A stretch of DNA of 64,000 nucleotides from an uncultured virus (IMG/VR IMGVR_UViG_3300036970_000191) (lineage: Duplodnaviria > Heunggongvirae > Uroviricota > Caudoviricetes), in IMG/VR virus record IMGVR_UViG_3300036970_000191. One strand, 5' to 3'. Every line of letters begins with the position of its first letter. The first letter of the stretch is position 1. Position numbers and translations under genes: made by a program. The notes under the pieces are model-generated. The model was given only the letters and a program-made list of their open reading frames with translations. It did no database searches and was not told the DNA's origin. Shown here in pieces: positions 48,265-57,205 of the stretch.

Positions 48265-48342
48265 ATAGATTGGGCTGACGAGTTAATCTTATACTCTGTC
48301 AGCCCAATCAGCTTTTTCTTTTTTTGCAAAGGAGTCGGCAAA

Positions 48343-48570
48343 ATGCAACAGGACATTATCCCTACCCTAGAGGTAGCCATGATGTTTGATCAGGTTTGCT
48401 ATTGCTTGGAGCAAGCATTCAACTACGAAGTCCCGCCTGGGCTGTATCGTCAGGCTCTGGACAAGCACCTGCCATTCTTTGACCATGTTGAAGATGTCTC
48501 GATCATGGTCAGCAACATGTTGTCTAATCGCTTGCGTTCAAAGCAGGAAGTGATTGACATTCAGGTATAG
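48343..48570 (+). CDS. Hypothetical protein
   Basis: AAGGAG RBS; hairpin 48586-48626 downstream. Confidence 0.65.
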   Translation: MQQDIIPTLEVAMMFDQVCYCLEQAFNYEVPPGLYRQALDKHLPFFDHVEDVSIMVSNMLSNRLRSKQEVIDIQV

Positions 48571-48649
48571 TTAAAAACCATACATCACTCTTTACCACGA
48601 GGCTTTTTAGCCCGTGGTAAAGAGTGTATATATTTTCCTATCTAACTTA

Positions 48650-48681
48650 CATTTTTTTACAGTTATATACTACTCAATTGA
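48650..48681 (+). promoter_or_regulatory. Putative phage RNAP (early-type) promoter
   Basis: 22-nt identity with the 21042-21063 motif. Confidence 0.65.
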
Positions 48682-48752
48682 GTAGCCCGCTTGTTAATCT
48701 TCCGACAAGCAACCATGGGGCCAATAGGAAGTCCTTTTGAAAGGAGAAAATC

Positions 48753-49280
48753 ATGGAAGCCGTAAATAGCCTCGAGGAACTCATGGAGTTCCTCAACAAA
48801 TGGGGGTATGCCCCCCCGCCAGCATGGATGCTGGAAGAGTGTGACTGGTGGGCCCGCAAGGCTTACCAGTCACAAACTGGTAAACCTGGGGCTGATGGCC
48901 TGCCCCAAGTCCACATTCGCTTCCTCACGGAGGAGGAAGTGGAACAGGGCCATACTGAGGGAGGATTTTACATCCCTCAGTGGGGTATGGTATTGGTAGA
49001 GGCCGCGCGTGAGACCATGGAGAACTTCCTGGTCCACGAGCTGACGCACTGGCACCAGCAGTGCGTCAGCAACACCATGGGCGTCCTGCTGGAGCAGGGC
49101 GAGGACGCCTATGTGGACCTACCCCACGAGGTACAGGCCAGAATGGCACAGGCGATGCACCTGGCCCAGAGCCTCGACCTGGGTTCGCCGCTGGTGGCTT
49201 TGGCCTACGATGCCACCACGTGGCATGTCTGGGAAGGGGCACGCCAACTGCGGGCGAAGCACCGGCCCCCCCAGCAATAA
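48753..49280 (+). CDS. Zincin-like (HEXXH) metallopeptidase domain protein
   Basis: LVHELTHWHQ ... YVDLPHEVQAR; AAGGAG RBS. Confidence 0.75.
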   Translation: MEAVNSLEELMEFLNKWGYAPPPAWMLEECDWWARKAYQSQTGKPGADGLPQVHIRFLTEEEVEQGHTEGGFYIPQWGMVLVEAARETMENFLVHELTHWHQQCVSNTMGVLLEQGEDAYVDLPHEVQARMAQAMHLAQSLDLGSPLVALAYDATTWHVWEGARQLRAKHRPPQQ

Positions 49281-49289
49281 TCCCCCTTT

Positions 49290-49319
49290 CCCTCAATGGA
49301 GCCTAGGCTCCATTGAGGG
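49290..49319. terminator. Perfect palindrome between convergent genes
   Basis: CCCTCAATGGAGCC-TA-GGCTCCATTGAGGG. Confidence 0.75.
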
Positions 49320-49332
49320 GTGTACAAATCCT

Positions 49333-51081
49333 TTAAACACACGCGTTCTTTTTTTCCAAAAAACCCTGCAGTAGTTCATCTGGAGAGGGTAACAAAAGTC
49401 CCTGCGTACAGGTCAGCAAAGCATTGACTTCCCCACAGACAAAATTGACCCCGAATCTTCTTCGAGTCAATTCGTCCATGCTCTCAATGCGATACAACTC
49501 ATACTTCGTCGTCTCCTTGCTGATGTTAAGGTTCTTTTGCGCCGTTGGGTAAGTGGCAGTCACGTCGATGTCTGCGTTATTGAGGAACACGCTTGAGACA
49601 ACCCCATTAAACGAATGAAGGTTATAGTGTTCGTTCCCGTAAGACAAAGACTTGTTTCCATCGTCAATGCCTTTAAAGACACAGGCCCCCTCATGACACA
49701 TGTTCTGTGCCGAGAGTGTAACGATCCAGTCTTCTGTGGAAACTACGTATTTATCCAGATCAGTTTCAACGATTGGTGGCCGACTGGCAATCACCTTATT
49801 GTGCTCAAGACAAAAGAAGTGCATGTCATCAACGATCTTGAGTGGATTTTGTTTAAAGTCCTCAAAGCGCGAGTTGTCGCACAGCGAGACAAAGGTTTGA
49901 GACAAGTCACGGGTCTTCTTGTCCAGTGCCAAGAGCACCAGCGTGTCCATGATGGCATAGACGCAGTATTCGATGGGATAATTGCGCTGCATCTCCTTGT
50001 GCCACAGCAGCCCCTCTAATTTGTCGACCTCGGCAAAGTTGAGTTTACCATAACCAAGGTTACGCTGCGTGACACCCTCAAGCGTGTAATTGGGTTCATT
50101 GCCTTTGGCGGTCCGAATGGTTTTATACACGGCCATCGAATCGACAATGAAGAAAGAAGCTGGGAATGTCACCTTGTGCCAACGATCATAATCAGCCAGT
50201 TTCTTTTCCTGTCCCTTGGCAGTCACCTGTATCTTTGCACCTTCCTTGTACCGAAAGAAACGATAGTGGCTTGGGACACTAGGGTCGCTAAAGACGTCGG
50301 CTGGATCAAAGCCTTCTGCTTCGAGTGCCTGCTGCATTCTTGGAACGTCGTAATGGGAGTTCCAGATGGAGACCAGATCGGGCTGCCATTTGTGAAAGAG
50401 GTTCAAAGAAGACTTTACGCAAAGTGCCGCAGAAGGTTCTGTGCTCACCACAACATTCTTGATTTGAAGCAACTCAAGAATATCGGCCAGCAACAACTTT
50501 GTTTTCTCAACCACCTTTTCCACAGGGTCAATCAGACCACGCCCTTCAAAGAACGCTTCATTCACCACCAGATGCGTTGTGTCCCCAAAGGTGTTTGAAA
50601 CCATCAGGATTTCATCCGTCCCCCTTACCACATCCACTTCGATGTCCATGGCCCCAACAGTTGCCTTTGGCGTGCAGTGTTCAGGCCACTTCTTTTTATA
50701 AAGGCCCTTGATGATCCCGTCCACCGGCAAATCAAAACCGTACAGATAAGGAGAACGCGCCAGCATCCTTGGGTTCTTTGCATTGCCATAATCCTTAAGG
50801 GCAACTGCCGCCATCCTTGCCATGTCCCACTGGGTACTGGTGTACTTCTGCAGCTTGTGGATGTCCTCCCATTCTTTTTTTTCCTTGTGATCCCGGTAAC
50901 CTTCCTTGGTCACATAGAAGTCTCTTTTAAAGTTCTCGTACATGACCGTGGCAGGTTCCACATCGCCATTGTCGTAATAGCGATGTTCCTTGACAAACAC
51001 CATGTCCGAGCGCCCAGTCTCCTTGTTGAGGCAATACACCGCACGCTTGCAATCACGCCCAATCAATTTTCGTTCTGACAT
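49333..51081 (-). CDS. Family-B DNA polymerase exonuclease + motif A half (gp82-like)
   Basis: ExoI DIE, ExoII WNSHYD, ExoIII Y...D, and PolB motif A DIDVTATYP; AGGAGG RBS. Confidence 0.85.
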   Translation of the reverse strand: MSERKLIGRDCKRAVYCLNKETGRSDMVFVKEHRYYDNGDVEPATVMYENFKRDFYVTKEGYRDHKEKKEWEDIHKLQKYTSTQWDMARMAAVALKDYGNAKNPRMLARSPYLYGFDLPVDGIIKGLYKKKWPEHCTPKATVGAMDIEVDVVRGTDEILMVSNTFGDTTHLVVNEAFFEGRGLIDPVEKVVEKTKLLLADILELLQIKNVVVSTEPSAALCVKSSLNLFHKWQPDLVSIWNSHYDVPRMQQALEAEGFDPADVFSDPSVPSHYRFFRYKEGAKIQVTAKGQEKKLADYDRWHKVTFPASFFIVDSMAVYKTIRTAKGNEPNYTLEGVTQRNLGYGKLNFAEVDKLEGLLWHKEMQRNYPIEYCVYAIMDTLVLLALDKKTRDLSQTFVSLCDNSRFEDFKQNPLKIVDDMHFFCLEHNKVIASRPPIVETDLDKYVVSTEDWIVTLSAQNMCHEGACVFKGIDDGNKSLSYGNEHYNLHSFNGVVSSVFLNNADIDVTATYPTAQKNLNISKETTKYELYRIESMDELTRRRFGVNFVCGEVNALLTCTQGLLLPSPDELLQGFLEKKNACV

Positions 51082-51192
51082 GACTAAAACCTCCTGATCA
51101 TCTAATGGATAACATCCAATGGTTTTTTTCAATCACCGTTGGCACGGGTTATTCGTATGTATTTATTCCCCCCACATGACAGGTACGTGAAC

Positions 51193-52476
51193 ATGGCCAC
51201 AGTGTCCATCTTAAACACCCTTTCTACTGAGAACCTGGCCGTACAAGATGGCCTGTTGTTCAAGGAACTGGTTTCTTCGATCAACTTTCTGCGCACTGAC
51301 GGCACATACACCACCAGCGCCATTTTGGAGTCTGGTATCTCTGACAGGCTCTACACCAGAACAAAAATGAAACTCAACGTATTGGTGAACGCAAAGGCTG
51401 GCTTTGGCGCTTACATCATTCTGCCCACCATCGACAAGAACCACCCATTCATCGATGAAGTCTACCGCCGTTTCTTCCACAGTCGTGAAGGTTTTGCCTG
51501 GGTTCAAGGGGCCAAGAAGGCAGGTTTCATCGATCCCAAACGTGGACAGGTCGGCGGTATCTTCAGTGAAATCGCCATGGACATTCACATGGGAGTTTCC
51601 CTGTTTCAGGACAAACGCTTCACCGACGAGGAACTCGCTTCAATCATTCTGCACGAGGCAGGACACGCCTATACTTACTTCCTAAACCTTGGCACCACTG
51701 TGATCAGTGGATTGGCAGCAGGTCAGGCAGCAAGACAAGTCATGAATGCAGACGATTACGTCACGCGTAAAAAGGTCATTGAAGAGGCTGAACGTGCACT
51801 GGGTATTGAAGTCCCCAACTCTGAAGAGTTGGCCAGAATGCGCGCTGACAAATCTGCCGATGGCATTCAGATGGTGATTCTCACTGAAACCTCTGAGAAG
51901 CAAAAGACCGAAACAGGTCACCGGGTTTATGAAATGCGTGCCTGCGAGCAGATTGCAGATGAATTTGCTGTGAAGCATGGTGCTGGTCGATCCTTGGTCA
52001 CGGCGCTTGATAAACTCGGAAGGATCTATGGATTCGACTCGACCTATCGTTCGATGCCCATGCACATTATCGTTGAAATGATCAAAGTCCTGGGGTTCTT
52101 GTTTGTCCTGTTCTTTGGCCAATTCGTCGTAGGTTTCTTCCTGATCCTGGTTATTCTCTTGAACAACCCAATGGAACGCGCTTACGACAAACCTGAGCAA
52201 CGCGCGCGTTTGATCCGACAACGGCTGGTTGATCAAATGAAAGACCAAACCCTGGACAAAGCCAAGATCAAAGAGCTGCAGGACGATGTACAGGCTGTAG
52301 ATGCCGTGATCGCCGGTGCTAAGGATAAATCAGGACTGATCGAATTGTTCTGGGAAAACTTCATGTCCGAAGGGGCCAAGTCCTCCAGACAAATCGCATT
52401 CAACAAGCGACTCGAAGAACTGCTTTACAACGACCTGTTCTCTGAAGCAGCCAGCTACCGAACACAAAACGCCTGA
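51193..52476 (+). CDS. Virion protein with HEXXH peptidase motif and a TM segment (gp83/84 region)
   Basis: ILHEAGH, E..ADEFA...G, a long hydrophobic segment, and YD....R; STE near the N-terminus. Confidence 0.75.
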   Translation: MATVSILNTLSTENLAVQDGLLFKELVSSINFLRTDGTYTTSAILESGISDRLYTRTKMKLNVLVNAKAGFGAYIILPTIDKNHPFIDEVYRRFFHSREGFAWVQGAKKAGFIDPKRGQVGGIFSEIAMDIHMGVSLFQDKRFTDEELASIILHEAGHAYTYFLNLGTTVISGLAAGQAARQVMNADDYVTRKKVIEEAERALGIEVPNSEELARMRADKSADGIQMVILTETSEKQKTETGHRVYEMRACEQIADEFAVKHGAGRSLVTALDKLGRIYGFDSTYRSMPMHIIVEMIKVLGFLFVLFFGQFVVGFFLILVILLNNPMERAYDKPEQRARLIRQRLVDQMKDQTLDKAKIKELQDDVQAVDAVIAGAKDKSGLIELFWENFMSEGAKSSRQIAFNKRLEELLYNDLFSEAASYRTQNA

Positions 52477-52525
52477 TTTTCATTTTTAAACCCCTTACCA
52501 AACCAGAAATGAGGAAGAACCTTCC

Positions 52526-53002
52526 ATGAAAGACATCCCCGTCATTGCCGCCATTCGTGACATCAACACTTACCTAAAGGACCGTTCCGATCAAGATCGT
52601 CGCGTACTGATTGCCATCGGACTAGGTCGCGCCATCAGCTATCGCACACCACTGCCTTCAATGCCAGTGGCATCCATCGAACAACACTTTCAAATCCAAT
52701 GCGAACCTGCCATTCGTGACTTCGTCAGCCGGATCAATGAGATGTATGTCATCGATCACGAGATGGTTCGGTCCACGGCGAAGATGCTTTACGTGTTCCG
52801 TTACAACCTCACCTACGACCCCTACACGGTCGCCAATGCGCTAGATCGACTGGCCGCGTTCCAAGAGGGTGTTGTCCCTGAGGCATATCGTGGTATGCTG
52901 AACACCGTCACTTCCAGTCAGGAAATGGTTGACAAACTGGCCAACGTGATGGTCCTGTTCCAATCCCAGATTGAACAAACCGAAGACAGTAACAAGGAGT
53001 AA
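52526..53002 (+). CDS. Conserved virion-region protein
   Basis: GAGG RBS; operon context. Confidence 0.65.
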   Translation: MKDIPVIAAIRDINTYLKDRSDQDRRVLIAIGLGRAISYRTPLPSMPVASIEQHFQIQCEPAIRDFVSRINEMYVIDHEMVRSTAKMLYVFRYNLTYDPYTVANALDRLAAFQEGVVPEAYRGMLNTVTSSQEMVDKLANVMVLFQSQIEQTEDSNKE

Positions 53003-53005
53003 GAC

Positions 53006-56000
53006 GTGGATCTTTCCAACCTGAGTGTGAAAGATCTCTCTAGCCGCATCAAGCGGCTAGAGGAGATCGAACGTGTTCTAAATGACAGCAATCGCACCAA
53101 ACTAAGTCGTCGTTTGGCGGTTGAACAATACCGTGGTGATCTGGCAGAATACAATGTCGTTTCTCTAGAAGAACCCAGCGCGCTAAAGAAAGTGGTTGGT
53201 ATCGCACTGGCCTTGCTGGGCATCACCCTGATGGCAAAGATCTGGGCCTCGGCTTCTGATGGGGGTTCAGGAAACGGGAAGAGTTCTTCTGGTGGGTCGG
53301 CGTCCACTGCCAAGGCTGTTACGACATACAACGATGTGTCGTCTATTCTCAGCGAAGAAGAGCTAAAGCAGGACAAACAAAAAGCCGACAAGTACCTAAA
53401 GGATCAGGTTTTCACTGACCCGGCAACCCAAAGCCAGTTCATCACTGAGTTCTGGAACAGTTATAAAGGCGGTGGCAACTATTACGTTGGCGCACTGCTG
53501 CTTGGCAAAGTGGGTAAAGGTCTTCCCTATCGAGAGGTTTATAAGAAACCAGAGGAGTTCAAGAAGCACATCGCGGCTTTTGAAAAGTCTGTTTCTGCCC
53601 TAGAGGCCATGGTGGACTATGTTGTTACCATGCCTGGTATTATTAAGGGCCAGTTGGATACAAACGGAATGTCCGACAAAGTTAAAATCGATGTAGCCAA
53701 TAAAACAAAGGCGGTCTTGGATACACTCAAGGCAGGTTTTTCTGTTATTGCCGACACACCTCACGAAGGTGAAGCTGACGATTCGGAAGTCGTCAAGAAT
53801 ATGCTTAACGTTGTGCGTGAGTCATTGGTGGCCGTCAGCGATAACTTTAAGCCCAAGAACGACGCCTCTTTGGACGACATCAAGAAAGCTGCCGATGGTC
53901 TAATGAAAATCTTTGGCACTGACGGCACGAGCGACGCTACAAAAACGTTTGACGCTTTCATCGCCAGTTACGAGAAACATGTCCTTGGCTCGACCAACAC
54001 CCAAAAAAGCATCAATGATGCCGTGGCAGAACTGACCAAGATGCAGAACGATGCGGAGATCGCGGCCAAGTTGAAACTGGGTCAGTCCGCAAGCGACCCC
54101 AGTGACCCTAACAAAATCTATTCATTTTACAACAACACCATCAAGACTGTTGGGTTCATGGCAAAGACCTGCGCTCGCTTGGTCTCAATTTTCGCAAACC
54201 TCGACAAGATGTTTGTCGCAAGCGAGAAGTCGTTTGCCTCCGCCAGTCGCGTGGTAAAACACGTCAACGATCTGATCAAATCGGAGGCAGGGACCAAAGA
54301 GAACATCGGTAAGCTTTCGGTTGCCCGAGAATCTTTCGACCCTTATGAAATCGCATCGACGCAGCTTTATTCAATCGTACCTCGTCGGCAGATTTCAATC
54401 GAATCAAATGGTGCTGCTACGCCGCAGGGCCAGTTTGATGAGTTTGAGTTCTCCAACTGGATTGACAACGTTTCTCAAAAATGGATCGGTAACGACGTCT
54501 CGCTTAGCTGGTCCACCGAGTCACTCAATCAGGTTGCCGAGTATTGCCGTGCTGTAGGCATCGAAACCCAGTCCAGCTTTGAAGACACGTTTTATTCTCG
54601 TGGCCTTGCCCTTGAAGACCTTTCCAAAGCCAAGAAGTTTGGCATCCTGCTGGCCATTCTGGCAAGCTTTGGAGGCTTGTTTGCGCTCTGGAAACACTTT
54701 AGGAACAAGGATAGCGGCAACTCTGAATCGGTAGGCTCGGTTGGAGAAACGGTTGCTGCAGTGGAAACCAACGTGGCCAAGATTGCCGAAGGTTCAAAAG
54801 ACCTTGCCGACCAGATTCGCCACATGAAGTTCACTGGTCCTGAAGCTGAGCGCAACCTAAAAACCGTCAAACACCTTAGACAAGGTATTCAAAAGCTTGT
54901 GGGTACCAAGGGCAGTGAAGAAGACGAAATCAAGATGATCGTCGAATTCTTCGATGCCGTGGGTAAAGGCAAGGTCAACGCGATCTACCTTAAAATGGCA
55001 GAGAACGAATACCTTGGCGCGCTAGGCTCACGGTTCGTTGCCGCAGGTCCCTTTGGTAAAGGCAATACGGACAAAGAGGTTTACAAGAAGTTCTTTACGA
55101 TCTGTAATACGCTGGCGTCATACCTGCCAAAGCTGTCGCATCGCGCCATTGCAATCTCCGAAGCCTACGTCAAGAACCTCACGAAGCTCTCAACCACCAC
55201 TCAGCTTGACAAAACCACCCTTGACGAATGCAAGCAAAGCTGGCAAGCTGCACTGGACACCAATAAGTCTGAGCTAGACGGTTTTCTAAAAGCGCTTGAA
55301 GAAGCAGAGCAACTGTGTCAGCTTGATCCAAAGGCACAGGAACTCAAAGACCAACACGTCCGTATCCGTGAAGTGATTTCTGTCATTCGAGGTGAATTTG
55401 AACGACTCGATTCCTCGAAGATCACGGACCAGAACGTCATTGCTGATGGGGTTAAAACCCTCTCAGAATGTTCAAACGAAATGAAAAACTTCGTGGAGAC
55501 TTGGAAGGAGATTGGTACCAAGTCCCACTCCTCAGGTGGCCTTGATCTTGAAACGCTGGAGAAGTGCAGTAAACAAATCAAAGGCGCTGAAGAATCAATC
55601 AAGAAAATCGGCGAACTCTTTGCTGAAGCCAAAACCAATACCCCCGATCTGCTCAAGGATCAAAAAGATGCCGACCTCGTCAGCATCATGGGCAATGGAA
55701 CCAATGGGGCTGTAAACGGGCTGCTGGGCCTTAGCAACATCAGTCAAGGCGTTGTTCGTAACATCGGTAACTTCTGCGACAAAATGGACCATATCAAATC
55801 GGCGACTGAAGATTTGGTAAAAGCCATGAATGTTCGCAGTGGTGCATCCACTGAATCGATGGACAATCGTTTCTCCAGACTGCGTCTACCGCCAGGATTG
55901 TCGCTGGAAGTCTTTGAAGACGACAGCTACATGAACATGACCGATGACAACTACCTTGAAAGCTTCGAGCTACTCAGCAGTGACCTCGATCGTCTGGATC

Positions 56001-57154
56001 AGGATACACTCGAAGTTGAACACTGGGTGGAACGCATTCGGCTAAGACGCTCAATCAGTCAAGAAGATGCTCGCTACATCGAACAATTCTGTCCTGGACT
56101 ACTGACCAACAAACGGCCATTGGCCACCTTCACAAAGTTCCCCTCTGGCACCAACCTGCAAATCTCCCTTGAAGAAGGCGGTGCTTTGGCAACGGGGATG
56201 AAAGTCGCCGTATTTGCCGCACTGGCAGCCTTGGTGGTTCGTGGGGCCATGTGGATGAAGAAGCGTTTTGAAAACTCTTCCAACTCTCTTGCCGCCATCA
56301 AGAATTACCAAGAAGAGATCGAGAAAGCCACCAAGCGCACAGACGCTCAATCCGTTTCGCTACGGCAACTGCTTGAAGGCGATCAAATCGCTGATCGGGA
56401 ACTCGACCTCTCGGATGGCTTTAAGTTCAGAACCAAGGGTGGTGAATCCGCGATTCATGACCTGCGCGATGAATGTATCCGTAAGGAAATGGCCAATCGA
56501 AACTGGGACAAAAATGCCAGGATGGAAAGCGCCATTGATCCTAAGGGCGAGATCCACAAAATGTTCATGCCTGTACAAACCTTTGTACTTGAGAACATCG
56601 AAGTGCTCACCAAGTCTCTTGATCAAGTCAAATCGCAAGTGAAAGGGGGTTCCGGGACGGTTTCTCAGACCAGCGCTACCTCATGGAAGGGTATTGAAGC
56701 ATTGCAACGCGAGGTCGGTGGCGGAAACATCATTGGCATCGTGGCTTGCGCAGATGCAATCAAAGCCATGGTTGACAATGCTGGCGGGGCCCAACCCAAT
56801 ACCAAGGTCGATTCGCTGACCTACGCTGATCTCGACAAGAAACGCGTAGAACTCATGAAGTCGTTTAAAGACATCGACAAATCGGTGATCAATAAACTTG
56901 ACAAACTACTCGATAAAGCCAAAGGGTTGGAATCCTCTGCCGCTGCTGGTAAGGGCGATGATGCCCAACGCCAAGCAGCCAAGGATTCCGCCAAGGCCGC
57001 TCAAGAGGACATTAAATCGCTGCAATCTTTGGTGGCCGCTCATTCGGGTGCAACCGAGATTTACAAGCAGTTTTACGAAGCTTTCCTGGCAGGACTCAAC
57101 CGTTATGGTAAACTCATGACCGAGATCCAAAAGAAAGCCACTTCGGCCAAATAA
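53006..57154 (+). CDS. Large head/internal protein with multiple S/A-x-E prohead-protease-type sites
   Basis: 1382 aa; SLE, ARE, SIE, STE and ALE clustered in linkers; three hydrophobic segments. Confidence 0.7.
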   Translation: MDLSNLSVKDLSSRIKRLEEIERVLNDSNRTKLSRRLAVEQYRGDLAEYNVVSLEEPSALKKVVGIALALLGITLMAKIWASASDGGSGNGKSSSGGSASTAKAVTTYNDVSSILSEEELKQDKQKADKYLKDQVFTDPATQSQFITEFWNSYKGGGNYYVGALLLGKVGKGLPYREVYKKPEEFKKHIAAFEKSVSALEAMVDYVVTMPGIIKGQLDTNGMSDKVKIDVANKTKAVLDTLKAGFSVIADTPHEGEADDSEVVKNMLNVVRESLVAVSDNFKPKNDASLDDIKKAADGLMKIFGTDGTSDATKTFDAFIASYEKHVLGSTNTQKSINDAVAELTKMQNDAEIAAKLKLGQSASDPSDPNKIYSFYNNTIKTVGFMAKTCARLVSIFANLDKMFVASEKSFASASRVVKHVNDLIKSEAGTKENIGKLSVARESFDPYEIASTQLYSIVPRRQISIESNGAATPQGQFDEFEFSNWIDNVSQKWIGNDVSLSWSTESLNQVAEYCRAVGIETQSSFEDTFYSRGLALEDLSKAKKFGILLAILASFGGLFALWKHFRNKDSGNSESVGSVGETVAAVETNVAKIAEGSKDLADQIRHMKFTGPEAERNLKTVKHLRQGIQKLVGTKGSEEDEIKMIVEFFDAVGKGKVNAIYLKMAENEYLGALGSRFVAAGPFGKGNTDKEVYKKFFTICNTLASYLPKLSHRAIAISEAYVKNLTKLSTTTQLDKTTLDECKQSWQAALDTNKSELDGFLKALEEAEQLCQLDPKAQELKDQHVRIREVISVIRGEFERLDSSKITDQNVIADGVKTLSECSNEMKNFVETWKEIGTKSHSSGGLDLETLEKCSKQIKGAEESIKKIGELFAEAKTNTPDLLKDQKDADLVSIMGNGTNGAVNGLLGLSNISQGVVRNIGNFCDKMDHIKSATEDLVKAMNVRSGASTESMDNRFSRLRLPPGLSLEVFEDDSYMNMTDDNYLESFELLSSDLDRLDQDTLEVEHWVERIRLRRSISQEDARYIEQFCPGLLTNKRPLATFTKFPSGTNLQISLEEGGALATGMKVAVFAALAALVVRGAMWMKKRFENSSNSLAAIKNYQEEIEKATKRTDAQSVSLRQLLEGDQIADRELDLSDGFKFRTKGGESAIHDLRDECIRKEMANRNWDKNARMESAIDPKGEIHKMFMPVQTFVLENIEVLTKSLDQVKSQVKGGSGTVSQTSATSWKGIEALQREVGGGNIIGIVACADAIKAMVDNAGGAQPNTKVDSLTYADLDKKRVELMKSFKDIDKSVINKLDKLLDKAKGLESSAAAGKGDDAQRQAAKDSAKAAQEDIKSLQSLVAAHSGATEIYKQFYEAFLAGLNRYGKLMTEIQKKATSAK

Positions 57155-57163
57155 AGCAAAGCC

Positions 57164-57196
57164 TGGATAGACGGGGGCCTAGGCCCCCGTCTATCC
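57164..57196. terminator. Perfect palindrome between convergent operons
   Basis: GGATAGACGGGGGCC-TA-GGCCCCCGTCTATCC. Confidence 0.8.
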
Positions 57197-57205
57197 TTAA
57201 TCTAT

